Assembly: GCF_009914755.1 (NCBI RefSeq)
Contig: NC_060941.1
DNA: 64,000 bases
Strand: one strand, 5' to 3'
Origin: the human T2T-CHM13v2.0 reference genome, Homo sapiens
A model generated the notes under the pieces. That model was given only the letters and a program-made list of their open reading frames with translations. It ran no database searches and was not told the DNA's origin. The translations under genes were made by a program, and so were the position numbers. Position 1 is the stretch's first letter; the number at the start of each line of letters is the position of its first letter. This document shows positions 35,483-52,140 of the stretch, piece after piece.

Positions 35483-35658
35483 TCTCTCTCTTTCTTTCTT
35501 TCTTTCTTTCCTTCCTTCTTTCTTCTTTCTTTCTTTTTCTTTCCTTCCTTCCTTTCTTTCTTTCTTCTTTCTCTTTCTTTCTTTCTTTCTTTTTTCTTTC
35601 TTTCTTTCTTTCTTTATTTCTCTCTCTCTCTTTCTCTCTCTCTCTTTCTTTCTTTCTG
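35483..35658. repeat. Complex (TTTC/TC)n microsatellite = intron-7 (GAAA)n marker, tail of an antisense Alu
   Basis: About 175-bp nearly pure pyrimidine tract between two Alus. Confidence 0.9.
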
Positions 35659-36178
35659 GAATCTTGCTCTGTCACTCAGGCTGGAGTGTAGTGGCAAGAT
35701 CTCAGCTCACTGCAACTTCTCGTGCCTCAGCCTCCCAAGTGGCTGTGCTTACAGGTGTGCACCACCATGCCTGGCTAATCTTTGTATTTTTAGTACAGAC
35801 AGGGTTTCGCCATGTTGGCCAGGTTAGCCTGGAACTCCTGACCTCAGGTGATCCACCTGCCTTGGCCTCCCAAAGTGCTGGGATTACAGGCGTGAGCCAC
35901 CATGTCCAGCCTCTTATTATTTTTATATACAGGAGCGCAGACAAAACCGAAGGGCATGGGGCCCCTCTCAGCCTGAGTGGCCCAGGTGAAGCCACGGCCT
36001 GGATGAGTGCTCTGGCCATGGGTGAGCTGGTCAGGGGCCTGCAGCACCCCTGAGGGGCAGTGGTATCAAGGCCTAAGCCTGGCCAGATTCGAGGCCATCG
36101 GTCCAATCACCTTCCTCCACACTAGCTGACTTTCACTCACGCCACTTTCAAGCTTTGCTTGGGGACCCCAGATACTCA

Positions 36179-36331
<153 letters not shown>

Positions 36332-36644
36332 TTACCCTGGCACCAACAGGGTCGCCACTCCTGCCTCCATGTGGCTAAGTGCAGAGGCAGAAAAACAGCT
36401 TTTAAGGCTCATTCCAGGCATAGCCATAAACCAAGTGCCAACAAATGTGATTTCTCTTCCTATGATTCAGGCATAAACCCATCCAGTGGCCTCAACTGTA
36501 CTTTAATGCTTGTATTTCTTGGTTAAAGTATCATTGCAGACTTGCACACTGAAGCCACATTTCAGTTGTCCCTACTGTCCTATTTGGAGGAGGACCAGCT
36601 TCGTTTAGTAAAATGACAGACAGGTACACATATTTCCCTCATCA

Positions 36645-36992
<348 letters not shown>

Positions 36993-37222
36993 TCAGGTTG
37001 GCCAGGAGAACTACCTCTGAGCCCACTATGCATCTGTAAGGTTGAGGGAGTATCTAGCAGGAAACAATAGCACTGGCCAGTGTATAAAAAGCACTGAACA
37101 TGGTCCATGATGGGTTTCCAGTAAGTCATTGCCACGATTATTAATTGTGGTACTACCAGTGGGTTGAAGGAATCTTGAAAAAAAAAATCATGTAATGGTT
37201 CTTGGCATTGGCCCATTTCTAG

Positions 37223-37583
<361 letters not shown>

Positions 37584-37733
37584 TAACAAATGCGGTGAAG
37601 AGAGAGAGGGTGCATCATGGAATGTGTTTGGTGTGGAAGGAAACAGTGCTGTCTGTCCAGGCTACTGGGTTTTGAGTTTGAGAGCCTGTGGGCCCCTGGG
37701 CAGGCCTGGGTCAGCAGCCAGAGCCTTCCTCAC

Positions 37734-37872
37734 CTTGCCAGAGGTCTTGACGCCTTTCCAGATGCTGAAGTAGATAACAGTGAAGATCAGCATGATGCAG
37801 AGGGCCAGCTGCCAGCTGATGCCCCCCAGGTCCTGGAGCCCCTTAGACCGGTGGATCTGCAGGACGTGGCGC
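37734..37872 (-). CDS. SLC6A4: SERT exon 5 (139 nt)
   Basis: [46 protein letters not shown]; AG/GT boundaries. Confidence 0.97.
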
Positions 37873-38685
37873 CTGGGGTGAAGGAGAAAGAAAGGCCCCT
37901 GAGAGGCTCTGTAGAGTGACCTGGGCACACATCTGTGCTGCTCCTTTGAGGGTGCCCGGGACAAATGGACACGGTGCTGCTAGGACCAAGTGGTCACTGA
38001 GGCCCAGGAAGAGCTGGGATTGGCCCTGCCTGTCCTGAAGGACCACAAAGCACATTTGGCCAACACCCTGGGAAGAGTGTTCAACCTAAAGGCAGACTTC
38101 CTGGATTCTCCTTTGCTGGATGGGACCTGAACTCCTTTGACCAATGTGACTGGCTTTTGGGAACATGAGGGATGTGTAAGTGTGGGGAGTTGGCTCCCTT
38201 CCCTACCCCAAAGTAGCTCTCTCTTTGGGCTGCCATTGCCTGAAATTCCAGCATTAAAGAAAACTACCTTCCTCAAGCATCTTCTTCCAAAGGGTAGATC
38301 CCACTTACGAAGTTGACACATTAAACCATTTGAATAGTTTTGAACTATCAAAGTACTAGGATGCTTCGCCTCCATGACATTTGGCTGAGAGGAGGACCCC
38401 GGAAGAAGGGGAGTAATTTTGGAATGTGAAGGGAGGGACGGGCTTGGGCGCATTGGAGCAAACTGACTTGGCGCATGAGAAAGTGCAAGGAGGCACAGCA
38501 GGGCCAGGCCGTGGAGCACTTGAGGTAGAGTTTCCCAGCTCCAAATTCTGCTACTCCCACCCCTGATAGCTTCATCTCTCAGAAAGGGGTGAGGAGCCCT
38601 TGGCCCTGGCCTTCTTTTTAAGAAGCCAAACCCCAGGGGTGTGGCCTGCCCCTAACAGGCCAACCCCTCACTTACGTGCACTTAC

Positions 38686-38905
38686 GTGTAAAATTCTTCA
38701 GCAGGGGACGTGGAATGGAGGGTCCAGGTGATGTTGTCCTCGGAGAAGTAATTGGTGCAGTTGCCAGTGTTCCAGGAGTTCTTGCAGCTGGTCCAGGGCA
38801 GCTGGTCCGTGAAGGAGGAGATGAGGTAGTATAGCGCCCAGGCCATGATGGTGTTGTAGTAGGAAGCAATGTAAAAGGCAATGATGCAGATGGCATAACC
38901 AATCC
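38686..38905 (-). CDS. SLC6A4: SERT exon 4 (220 nt): TM3 and extracellular loop 2
   Basis: [72 protein letters not shown], with the EL2 cysteines and N-glycosylation sequons; AG/GT boundaries. Confidence 0.97.
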
Positions 38906-39359
38906 CTGGGCAGTGGGTGAGATGGAGAGACAGAGGCCGAGTTTAAGGGTGGCCCAACGGCAAAAGGCTGAAACGGGGCACTGGAGAGCCCCGCAGCCCA
39001 GCAGAGGGGTACACGTGGGTGCTGCCCTCCATTCCATTCCAAGGACTCCAGGCCACCGTGGGAAAAGTGGCCCTGCCGTTAGTCACTCATATGTATTTGC
39101 AAGGTAACATGTTTTAGAAAATGTGTACATGTCCTGTTAATGCTTTAAAATGTTTACATTAGTTTACTTCTCATTGCCGTTTATTCTGTTTCTCTTTGAC
39201 AATTTCACACCACTTACGCAGTCAAAACCTTAATTACTCAAGCAGTCTCCCAGGGATGCCTAAGGCCTGACTGATTCCAGAAGAAGGTCCCCAGCTCCCA
39301 CCCACTGATGGAAATCCCTTCCTGAGAGGCTCCACTTACCCACCCCACCGAGCCCTTCA

Positions 39360-39521
<162 letters not shown>

Positions 39522-41434
39522 TCACTCCCTGCCCACGTCTGTCCCAGGATAGCCCAACCAATCTGTGACTGAGAATCACAGTCGCCGGATGATGTGAGTG
39601 TCAGGAGCCACCCTGGGCTGAGTGGCCTCATGCTGTGCTCCTCTGGTCTCAGTGCTTTGCTAGAAGCAGTCGTAGGGGGAGCACCATGACTAAAATGAGG
39701 TTTCAGAGGAGGCCAAGAGAGCAATTGGGAAGAAAGCCTGGTTTGGGAGTCGACAGAACAGGCAGGATCACATCCACTTATGACTACCTGGAGAACGCTG
39801 GGCCACTTCCCCTCTCTGAGCCCCAATTTCCTCCCTATAAAAGAACACAGTTGAGGAGAGCTGAGTTTCCCAAATGTAGCCACACATCATAGTCATCTAG
39901 ATTCCTGGGTCTACCCCAGACCTCCTGAAGCGGAATCTCCAAGCATGGGCACAACACAAAAATTGTGTTCAAGCTCCCTAGGTGATTCCGATGCAGCCAG
40001 TACCTGGGACCCTTGGAACAGATCACCTGTGACAATCTGTAGCAACAGCTGCAACTCTCTGTGAGTCACCAAATCAGTATCTTTGTTCATCAGTATTATC
40101 TATGGCTCCAGACACATGATTATTGATATTTGGCTACACTTCCATAATTCCATTGAGCCAGAATGCTCCCTGACAAGCGCCGTTTGCAGGAGTGGCTGGA
40201 CAGGGTAGTTTTTCACAGAACAAGCAAGCACAGAGCTGCTACCTAACTGGAGATGCTGGTGTCTCCTGGATCTTGTGGCTGAGGCTGAATTTAAAAATAC
40301 CAAGTTGGGGAATGCTAACCTGCAGCCTGAGTTTTTAGCCTAAAGGGTGGATCAGCTGTGATTTTCCCTAATTTTCCCTGCTGTAAAATGCTCTGAACCC
40401 AGAAACCTGAGGTCTGTGCAAATCAGAAAGGTCCATGTAATTTACAGTCACACTGGGTAAACCTGGCTCGAGAATAAAACCATGTGTTCTCGTGATGGCC
40501 TTCCTCCAAAGAGTTTGCTTGATCAGCTTTACGCTGGGGAATGAGTGTCGGGGAAATGTCACCAGTGACCCAGCCCCTTACATAATGCCCAGGCTAAAGG
40601 TGAGTCCTCTGGAGCAGGAGATAAGGTGATTATGACTTTTGCTCCTCCTAGGCAGGAAGCGCTGAGCTTCCCAGGGGCCCCCTGGAACTACCTTTGCAAC
40701 TACATGGACAGAAATCTTTAAAAGAGAGTAAATCCAGGCCACTCTGTGTTAGGTCACGGAAGAAGTGAGGGTGACACAAATGGATGATCCCCAAACCTCT
40801 TTGTAGCTGCCCTCCCAAATCTGTTGTCAGAGTTCCCATGAAAATCAAGCTTGACGCATCTGACACCCACTTCTTGTTATTTTCCTGTGCTGATAACAAG
40901 TCCAGAGGCCCCAAACCCATTCACTTTTCCCCACTGCTCTGCTCTCCCCCAGGTTCCCATCTTCATGCCTACAGTCAGCTACTATTTTTTATAATCTACA
41001 AGTTAACTACTTGAGAGGCTTTAGGGGTACAAGGAACAAGATAGGGCCTCTGGCCTCAAAAATCTAACATCCCAGGAGGAGATAGGAGGGCCAGCCATGC
41101 GTGGTTTGAGGTTGGTATTAATGTCATGCTGTGGATCTAATCCAGCTTAAATTCTGCCCAGACTGGTAATTAAGATTTAGGACTTAACGCTGATGCCCTT
41201 CTCTGACCTCACACAGGTCCAAAGGATCAGAAGCATCTGGGACTCTGAAGCCACCTCCAAATTTTCCCTTACGCAGGCCTACCCTCGTGGACTCTTCCCA
41301 GCAGAACTTGCCAGCAGGAGTGAAGGGACTCAGCACAGGGCTGACGGCCATTCCCTCACTTCTGGCTGGGGGAGGACAGAGCCTGGAGAATGCAGGATGA
41401 GAAGGAGGCCCTTCAATAAATGGAGCGCTAATGA

Positions 41435-41890
<456 letters not shown>

Positions 41891-41958
41891 TAGTCTTACG
41901 CCAGTGAAGACTGAAAAGACATAATCTGTCTTCTGGCCTCTCAAGAGGACCTACAGCC

Positions 41959-42664
<706 letters not shown>

Positions 42665-43353
42665 TCATCTTTGGTATTAACTCATCATACATCTTAAACT
42701 ACATTAGTTAACGGGATTACAAATGCATCTGTTAAATGTGAGACATCCTATTTGCTACATGGCAGTCCATAAATTCAACTAAATTTCTCAACCTATACAG
42801 GGCATCAAATGACAATCAAGTAATTTCAAAAGGAAACAATAAAACCAACACAAATAGACAGCAAATCACCAAGGTTTGCACAGGCTGGACTGGAGAGCAA
42901 AGCACTCGCTTCCCTTTGAGCCACTGGACTCTCATCTTGTGGTTTGCCAGCAGCTCAGAAGAATGTGAGAGAGGCTCCAAAGCGTCACAGAGCACCCCCT
43001 TTGTCTTGGATGCTATGTTGGGGAAACAATGACAAGCAAAGGCGTTTCTGCCTTTCAGCAGGCAGGACAGTCCTCACCATCATTTAAGCTGCACACCCAA
43101 AGTTATATTTTATATCAACTACAGCTATGATTTTAAAAGGAAAAAAGCAAAGGACAGAGGTAAAAAGGCCACCCTTCGTGAGGCACCCCAGCTCATCAGC
43201 TACAGATTCTGTCACTCGTCTTTTAGCCCCTAGGAAGGTTGGGGCAGATTTGAGCTGCCTCCGGCTGTGTCCAGTCTATCTGCACATGGCCTTTCTGCGT
43301 TCCCATTATGCATTTGCAAGCCCGACTGGTCCTTAAACGGCACTGCTGCTCAC

Positions 43354-43450
43354 CATTTGTTCTTCTTTCCACTTGCCAGCAACTCCTGTGGCTAAGCCCC
43401 TTGTTATTCTGCAATAGAGGGCAAGCAAGGTCGCCTTGCCTCCAGGAGAC
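43354..43450 (-). other. SLC6A4: SLC6A4 alternatively included exon 1B (97 nt)
   Basis: CTAG|GTCTCCTGG acceptor and ACAAATG|GTGAGC donor. The exon ends in ATG. Confidence 0.9.
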
Positions 43451-44757
43451 CTAGGGAGAAGAGTGTGCAGGTTACTGATGCTGGGGTGGTTGGTTTCGCC
43501 GTCCCCCTGTGCCTCCACTGGGAGGGCCTGGCCGGGGCTGCTGTGCCTTCATTTCACCGCCGTGGCCTGGGCGCAGGGAAGTCAGCTCAGCTCTGGCTTG
43601 AGGTCTGAGTCGTCAAACGTGGGGTAGAAATTTGAGCCCTTTTGGACTTTAAACCTATGGCCTGTTATAAAGTTGTAAGCAGCAGTTGTAAGACTGTTCA
43701 ACTGCTCACTCTGTTTCTTCTGGGCCTGAGCTTTTCAAACTCTTGAAACAGTTTGGGAGTTGAAATACGTTTCTGCCTAGCTGAGATGACACTGGACCCT
43801 TCTAGAAAAGATAGCCAGGGATGGACTGTTTATAACTGCAATGATCTGAGGCTAACCCTCCAGATCCAACAGTTAGGAGGATGGCTAGGAACTGGCTAAT
43901 AGAAATGGCGCATGGATGTCTCCTACCTATTTGGGGTTTTTGGTGACTGCAACTTAGCTACCTACACATGTGAAGACAAAAACATAGTAAGTGAAAAATC
44001 AGGACACAAAATAGTAGCTTCACAAGAATGACTATGGCTATAAACATGAGCAAGGATTAGACATGAACACCAGGCAATGTCAGTCACTAGGGTTTGGCGT
44101 TTGCTGCATTTTTTCTGTAAAGTGGAAAATAAAAATTTTAAAGGGATCGATTGTTGCCAAAAATATCTACAGCAACAAGAGATAAATCAGCTTCATGTAG
44201 CTAGGGGCTGTGTGTGTGTAAGGGGAGGTAGACGTCTTGGGCTGTACCGCACTTGTTGGGCCCTCCACCACCCTCCCCAGGCTCAAGAATGCAAACACCA
44301 CTCAGAAGGATATGAATTCTGACAAGAGCGATCTCCATAACCTCACCCTGCTCACCATTTATGCTACTGCCTGGCCTTGGCCTCCCCCCACTTCCCCCTT
44401 CCTTGGGCCCTCAACTAGGCTTGATAGGCTTTTAAAATAACCACACATCCTCTCACCCACCATAGGTAACCATTTACCAGGCCAAGGGATATTATTATTT
44501 TATTACATGATGAGATGTCAACATATTTAAATATTCAGCTAAATTAAACCTGAACTTGGTAGTCAGTGGTTGTGTTGTTTAAAAAGGCCTCTGTACTTCC
44601 CTCCGGCCTATATCAATGACATGTTTTGTACGTTAAACAACTGACGAACTTGAAGGCCAAATGGCAGGGAGGAAGAGCTTTTCCCTGTGCGGCTGGAGGG
44701 CACCGAGTTGACAGAGCTGCTCCTTCCCTTGCTCTTCCTCCCACTGGCCCCACAGTT

Positions 44758-45057
44758 TTGTTTTTTTTTTTTTGAAACAGTCTTGCTCTGTTGCCCAGGC
44801 TGGTGTGCAGTGGCACAATTTTGGCTCACTGCAACCTCTGCCTCCCGGGTTCAAGCGATTCTTGTGCCTCAGCCTCCGAGTAGCTGGGACTACAGGCGTG
44901 CTCCACCATGCCCGGCTAATTTTTATATTTTTAGTAGAGATGGGGTTTCACTATGTTGGCCAGGATGGTCTTGAACTCCTGACCTCACATGATCCACCCG
45001 CCTTGGCCTCCCAAAGAGCTGAGATCACAGGTGTGAGACACCATGCCTGGCCTGGCC
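44758..45057 (-). mobile_element. Alu
   Basis: Alu consensus. Confidence 0.9.
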
Positions 45058-46952
45058 CCACAATTTTCTGCAAGAACCTCTTCTATTTTCTGTACTGCCA
45101 CTTTCCTCTCACTTAAATAGAAGCTCCAATTGCATCACCCAAGCGTTCCCTGGCCTCTCTACCCAGGCCCAGAGGGTCTACAGAAGGGAAATGCGGTCCA
45201 TCTCAGAAGCAATACTTTGGGGAGAGGAAATAGACATTTAGCAGCAGCAGTGAGCAGTTACCCTCCTGCCTCAGGGGCCAAATGATTTGTTCTGGATTTT
45301 GTTTACTTTCTTCCTTGAGGCGTCCTGCAGAGAGGGTAGAAAATGTGTGCAGGTAGGTAGATTTTTGAGGGCAACGTGTGTTCTCAGGAGTCCTCAGGGG
45401 TTCAGCCCCGAAGGCATCCAGTCCTGAATTCCTGGCAACTATGGTAAGCAGCTCCTGGAAGAGTAATACGCTGTTTCTATTTGTGTTCTGAGCCATTACA
45501 GAGGTCTTGTTTCCTGAAATATCCCCTAGTTCTTCTTAATTTTTTAATTAAAAAATTTTACATCAACAGGCTGAAATGGCCCCAGTGCAAGAAAACCCAG
45601 AGCATCCCTCAGACAACTCATGACCGGGCAGCCTCTCCCCACAGGCTGTCTCTCTCTATCCAGCTGTGCTTTCTGGGGTTCTCCTACTGAACCCCCACCC
45701 TCATCATAGAATCTGGGGTGCAAACACAAAGTTACAGCCACTCAGAGGAGACACACATCTCCTTTTCTTAACTTACTCCTCTGCCTCTGCCAGGTAGAGG
45801 AAAACTCCTCTCGGTGACTAATCGGGTCTGCCAGGAGAAGATGCCATGTGCCCGGGGCCCTTTCTGCCTGCAAGCTCCTGCCTGTGGAGCCCCAGACTCT
45901 CTTCCTATTTTTTCTGATTCTGCAGAGCCCTGGCTGGCTTTTTCTATCAAGACTTGCACATAACAATGGCTGAAAACAAGCTGGCCCAGGAATAGAGAAG
46001 TGTGAGTTGTTAAGAAGGTTGGTTTCTGAGAATGCCCTCTTCTAAGCTTTCTTTTTTTAAAAGGTATTTTTATCCTGCTGGGTGGAAAGATTGCAAACGA
46101 GGTCAATATTACAGCTGTGACCTTCTCCAGGCAGTCTTTGAGTTTCTCCATGTCCAGAAAAAGCCCCAGAAGGAAGCCTTCCTTTGCATCTTGGATGTGT
46201 GCTGTTGTTCCAGGCTGAGCTGGTGACAGGCTGAGGGTGGTGCCGTGGACCCCACCTCTGCTGTGGAATGACAGCTGGCAGACAGAAGCCTCGTCCCCCT
46301 AGGTCTCTGCACATGAGGGGTGCAGTTGACCAGCCAATGGGAGTGGTTGACTTTCTCTTAACTCTCCTGAAGCTAATGCACTCCATTCCCCCAATCCCTG
46401 ACTCCAAGTAAAAAAGGACTGTTTCTATTTAAACTTCTGATCGAATCTCCATTCCTCTTTCCACACACTTTGTCTCTATAGCCAGGAGCAACCCGTACCT
46501 GAACAAGCATGTAATTATCCCGATTGGTCATAAACACCCAGCCCTTTGGAAATGCCTGTGACGCTCCATCTACTTGATGCCTATCAGTGCCTTCTAAGCA
46601 GAAAGACACTACAGAAATGTTGAACTTTGACTTCATGTGTCAAGATCAAAGTGAGTTCATTTCTCAGGAAACTCAACTTTCTTTCTCAAAACAAACAAAA
46701 ACAAATGAACTGTGGGTTTAACGTTGAGATAGGATTAGTTACAGGTCATAGAGCCAACTGGCAGTTCGTATCCTCTATTCAGAGGGAGGCTGAAGTTCCC
46801 AGGGCATCTCCCAAGAGTGATGGGAATTATGGAACGCTGGTGCCGCCCGAAGCAGTAAACATGGAATCTGGCCTTCTTCATGGAGAAGCACTCCCTCAGC
46901 AAAGATGTGCGTAGGCCCACATGTGCTCGGCTCCTCAGAAACAAGGCAGGCA

Positions 46953-47446
46953 AGCCGGGCCAGCTGGCTCACGCCTGTAATCCCAGCACTTTGGGAAGCC
47001 AAGGCAGGCGGATCACCTGAGGTCAGGAGTTTGAGACCAGCGTGGCCAGCATGGTGAAATCCTGTCTCTACTAAAAATACAAAAAGTAGCTGGGTGTGGT
47101 GGCGGGTGCCTGTAATCTCAGCTACTTGTGAGGCTGAGGCAGGAGAATTGCCTGAACCCAGGAAGCGGAGGTTGCAGTGAGCTGAGATTGAGCCACTACA
47201 CTTCAGCCTGAGTGACAAGAGTGAAACTCTGTCTCAAATAAATAAATAAAAATAAAAATACAAAAAATGAGCCGGGCGTGGTGGTGCATGTCTGTAATCC
47301 CAGCTACTCAGAAGACTGATGCATGAGAATCGCCTGAACCTGGGAGGCAGAGGTTACAGTCAGCCAAACTGCGCTCCAGCCTGGGCGATAGAGTGAGACT
47401 CTGTCTCAAAAAAAAAAAAAAAAAAAAAGAAAAAGAAAAAGAAAAA
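46953..47446 (+). mobile_element. Three-monomer Alu structure inside one TSD pair
   Basis: Left-right-right monomers; TSD AGAAACAAGGCAGGCA at 46937 and 47447. Confidence 0.85.
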
Positions 47447-47999
47447 AGAAACAAGGCAGGCACAGTCCTGCCTGCATGGAGTCCACAGGCCAAGCCTAAA
47501 ATCTGAAAAAGAAAACCAACTGCTAGGAAAAACACGATGCTTCTGGAGAGGCTGGTGCTGCCACACATCCCGTGGTGAACAGAGGCTGCCGCTGGCTCGC
47601 CGCGGCGTGTTTAGATAGCTCACATGTTTTGCACCACAGTTGCCCCCAGGCTTTAAGTCTTCCTTTGCTGCTATTGCACAGTTTCTCTCACAGGACCTTG
47701 GCTGTTGGCTGATCCTTCCTTGCAGGCTCTGCAGTGTAAAATGGGGGCTCACGTTTGCATCTGCTGAAGGCACTGCTGTGTTCCCGAAGTGTGCAGGGTC
47801 ATGGGGGCACAGGTCGGAAGCCATAGGGACTCCTGCCTTGCCTTTCCAATGAATTGAAGAGATTTCATGATAGAAATGAAGAGAATAGAGAAAATCTGCT
47901 TGTTTTTTTTTTGGACAAAAAGGGTAGAAATGAACTCCACTATCACAGCCATCTCCTTATCCAAAGGATTCCTCATATGACAGAGTCAGTTTAGTGTTT

Positions 48000-48336
<337 letters not shown>

Positions 48337-50099
48337 GGTTTAATTTTTTGGAGAGGAATTAAATAGGATAAAATCCTCAGGGCCATTTGGGCCAGTTATC
48401 ATGAGAAAGAAAAAGAATTTCTGTCCAGAACTTTCCCTGCCTGGGAGAGGATAGCCCTGGGCTTCTCTCTACACAGAGTATAAAATCTAGAGGATATGCC
48501 CCTTGTGATGGGGTCAAGGTCCCCCTGAGAGGCTGGCCAAAAGGATACTGGATTATTTATTTTGACTTTACTAGAAAGAAATGAATTTAGCATAGCAGAT
48601 GTGAACAGCCCTCCTCCAGTGAATATAAACAGCCAAGCCCAGACTAACTTCCTTCCAGAGTCATCTTTCATTAGTTCCTCTGTTCACAACCCATAGCTCT
48701 CCTTTCTGTTTCAGGTCTGCACTGGAATCCCTGGTCCACCACTTAATGGCTGTGTGACTTTGAGTAGGTCACTTAACCTCTCTTAGCTTCCATTTCCTCC
48801 TGTGTAAAAGCAGACTGTTAAAACCGCTACTTCCTAAAGGCTGTCGTGGGAATTAAAGTATGACACATGCTTATCTCAGTGTCTAGCACAGGGAAGCATC
48901 AATAAATGACAGTGAGTTGATGTCACTATCACCACCATACATCCGCAACCCATTGTGCCTTTCTACTTCATACCCTAGCAGGGAAACTGAGGCCCACAAG
49001 ACTTGGGACTTAAGTGATCTGTGGCTCCCAGCACGGGCCTCACTGGGTCATGCTTGCTGCTCTCAATCAGTGCTTGGGGTCACCTGGGAAACAGACTCCT
49101 GGGCTGCTCTCCCAGAGATTCTAATTCAAGAGATCCACGTGGGCACTCAGGGATCTGCAGTTTTTAACAAATACCGCAGGTTATTCAGGGGCCAGTAGGC
49201 ACCAACAGTGCCGTGTGCGTCCCCACCTGTAGCTTCCCTTCCTCTAATTATCCTGCACCCTCCAAGGCCTGGCATAAGCTTCTATCCACCTCCTCTCAGC
49301 ACTCCAGCCCAAGATACACTCTTTCTACTCAATTCTCATTTGTCACTCGCCATTGATTACCAGGCATCATTAGTTATCCTTTTATATACATTTGCTTCGT
49401 GTGCCCCTGGAAGCAGGGGCTATGGCTACACGTCCCTGAGTCCAAATACTTGCAGACTGGAGCACGCCCTGTACAGCTCTCAGCATGGAGGGCTTGTTTT
49501 GGGTTTCCTGACTGGGCGAGGGTGCCAACAGATCTGAGCTCCATGTGAGGTGCTGCTCTTTCTCTCCTCCCTGGAGTTAAGTCAAATGGGATCAGGGTTC
49601 TATTCTAAGGGGCCCTGTCCCTCCCTGCCTCACCCATCGGGAAGATTGGCTGTGCATCTTGTGGGCAGAGGAGGAGGGCTGCCTTAACAGTCATTTTCAT
49701 GGACTATGGACAGGAAGAGACTGACATGCCCAGGATTAAAGAGCCCGGGATGGGCTTTCAGACTTTGAAACAAGTACTGGCAGGCACACCCATCAGCGGT
49801 CTGGGCTCCAAATGTTCATCTGTGAGCTGGTGGTTTGGAACTTAGAATATATTTCCTAACCCACAGAAATAAATGTGATAAACTAAAACATCTGAAACGA
49901 AAGCTGTAGAACACAGCGTTGTTAAGTGCTACACGACGGCTTAGGGGTGGGGAGGGGGCTGACAATGAGACTGATTCGAAGTTCTTTCTTTATTTTAACC
50001 TTCTTTTTGGTTCTTAAGGAAAACTAAATTTAAGGAAAGAAGAACAAGGAGCAGGGAGATCCTTGTACAGATTCCACGGAGGTGTCTTTTAGGCACTTT

Positions 50100-50568
<469 letters not shown>

Positions 50569-50570
<2 letters not shown>

Positions 50571-50708
50571 AAAAGAAGAAGAAGAAAAAGAAGAAAGAAG
50601 AAGAAGAAGAAGAAGAAGAAGAAGAAGAAGAAGAAGAAGAAGAGGAAGAGGAAGAGGAGGAGGAGGAGGAGGAGGAGGAAGAGGAAGAGGAAGAGGAAGA
50701 AGAAGAAG
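50569..50708 (+). repeat. (GAA)n/(GAG)n polypurine tract forming an Alu tail
   Basis: 140 consecutive purines including (GAA)15 at 50597-50641. Confidence 0.95.
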
Positions 50709-51782
50709 TTGGTGACATGAATTGCTTGTGACACATAATTTCACAACTTACAACTTTTTGCAGAAAACAAAACTGCTTTTACTCTGTTACCATAGTATAT
50801 TTAAATGTGGACGAGGCTGGGAAAGAGACTTGAGAAACTCAAAACAGATGATGTGTTAGATTAATCAGGATTAGGAGTGTCACTTCACCTTCCAAACACT
50901 CCTTTACTGTTGTGATAAATACAATTTATGCAATAAGTAAAAATCGAGATAGAACACATGGGAACATGTCCACACACAGCTTTTCTTTTCCTTTATACAG
51001 GTATGTTACTAAGATTACCTTTGTGTAAAACAGACATGATTGGGTCCACAAAGGGACCCAAAACAGAGAGAAGAGAGGAAAAAACAACCCCAGGGAGAGG
51101 GTGCTATGAAATAAGGGTGGATTCACCTGTGGCTGCTGAGCAAGGCGGAAGAGGGAAGTGGGGAAAAGGGGGTTTGAAGTGGAACTACAAAATAAAATGG
51201 GAGTGGAGAAGAGAAAAGAGAGGGGAAACTGGCCCATTTCTCTGGGTGGGGCATGGAGGGGAGAAGGAGAGGTGAGGTCAGGTGAGGTGAGGCTGCTGGA
51301 GGAGACGGGTGCATCCAGGTGGAGAGGGGGCGCGGAGGACACGTGCAACCACCTCTTCAGCCACAAGGTGTTTGGAGTTTGGCTGTTGCTGCTCAAAGGT
51401 GCCTATACTCTTAGGTCAACAATTTCTGAGATGTGCTTTAGTGTGAGTCACACAGTTGGAGACACTCATGAAAAATCAGTTCATCCTTACACATCATTGC
51501 ACCAGTCTAGTTCTCAGATATGCACTGAGATGAGAGCAAGAAAAACTTTCTGACCCCTAGTTTACAGTCTCACAGAGTAACACTGTATGCTAAAAAGGAC
51601 ATCATTGAGACAGCGGGGGAAATGGGAATATGAGCTGTATGTGCGATAATAGTATTGTATCTATCTCCAGTTTCCCCAGCATGAAAATGGCGCTGTGGTT
51701 ACGTACAAGAAGGTCCTTGTTTGTTGGAAATCTGTGTTGAAGTATTTAAGGAAGAAGTATCTGGAAGTCTGCAAACTCTCAA

Positions 51783-52140
51783 AGGTTCAACTATATATAT
51801 TAGTTGAACCTATATATATAGTATATATATACCTGTATGTATACCTACAGATATATATATACACACTATATATATCTGTAGGTATACATACAGATACATA
51901 TAGTTTATATATACATATAGTGTATACAGACACATATATACACTGTATGTATCTGTATGTACATATGTATATATATATCTGTATGTATCTGTATGTACAT
52001 ATGTGTATATATAGTGTGTATATATATCTGTATGTATACATACAGATACATAAATGGCATAATTATATTAATGATCTTATATATTACACATAATATATCA
52101 AATCATATATATACTGCATATGCAAAAATTAGATATATGC
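51783..52140. repeat. AT-rich (TA/TATG/CA)n low-complexity region with inverted repeats, within an old L1 3' fragment
   Basis: TA-rich degenerate repeats; L1ME-like flanks (~51590-52230). Confidence 0.8.
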
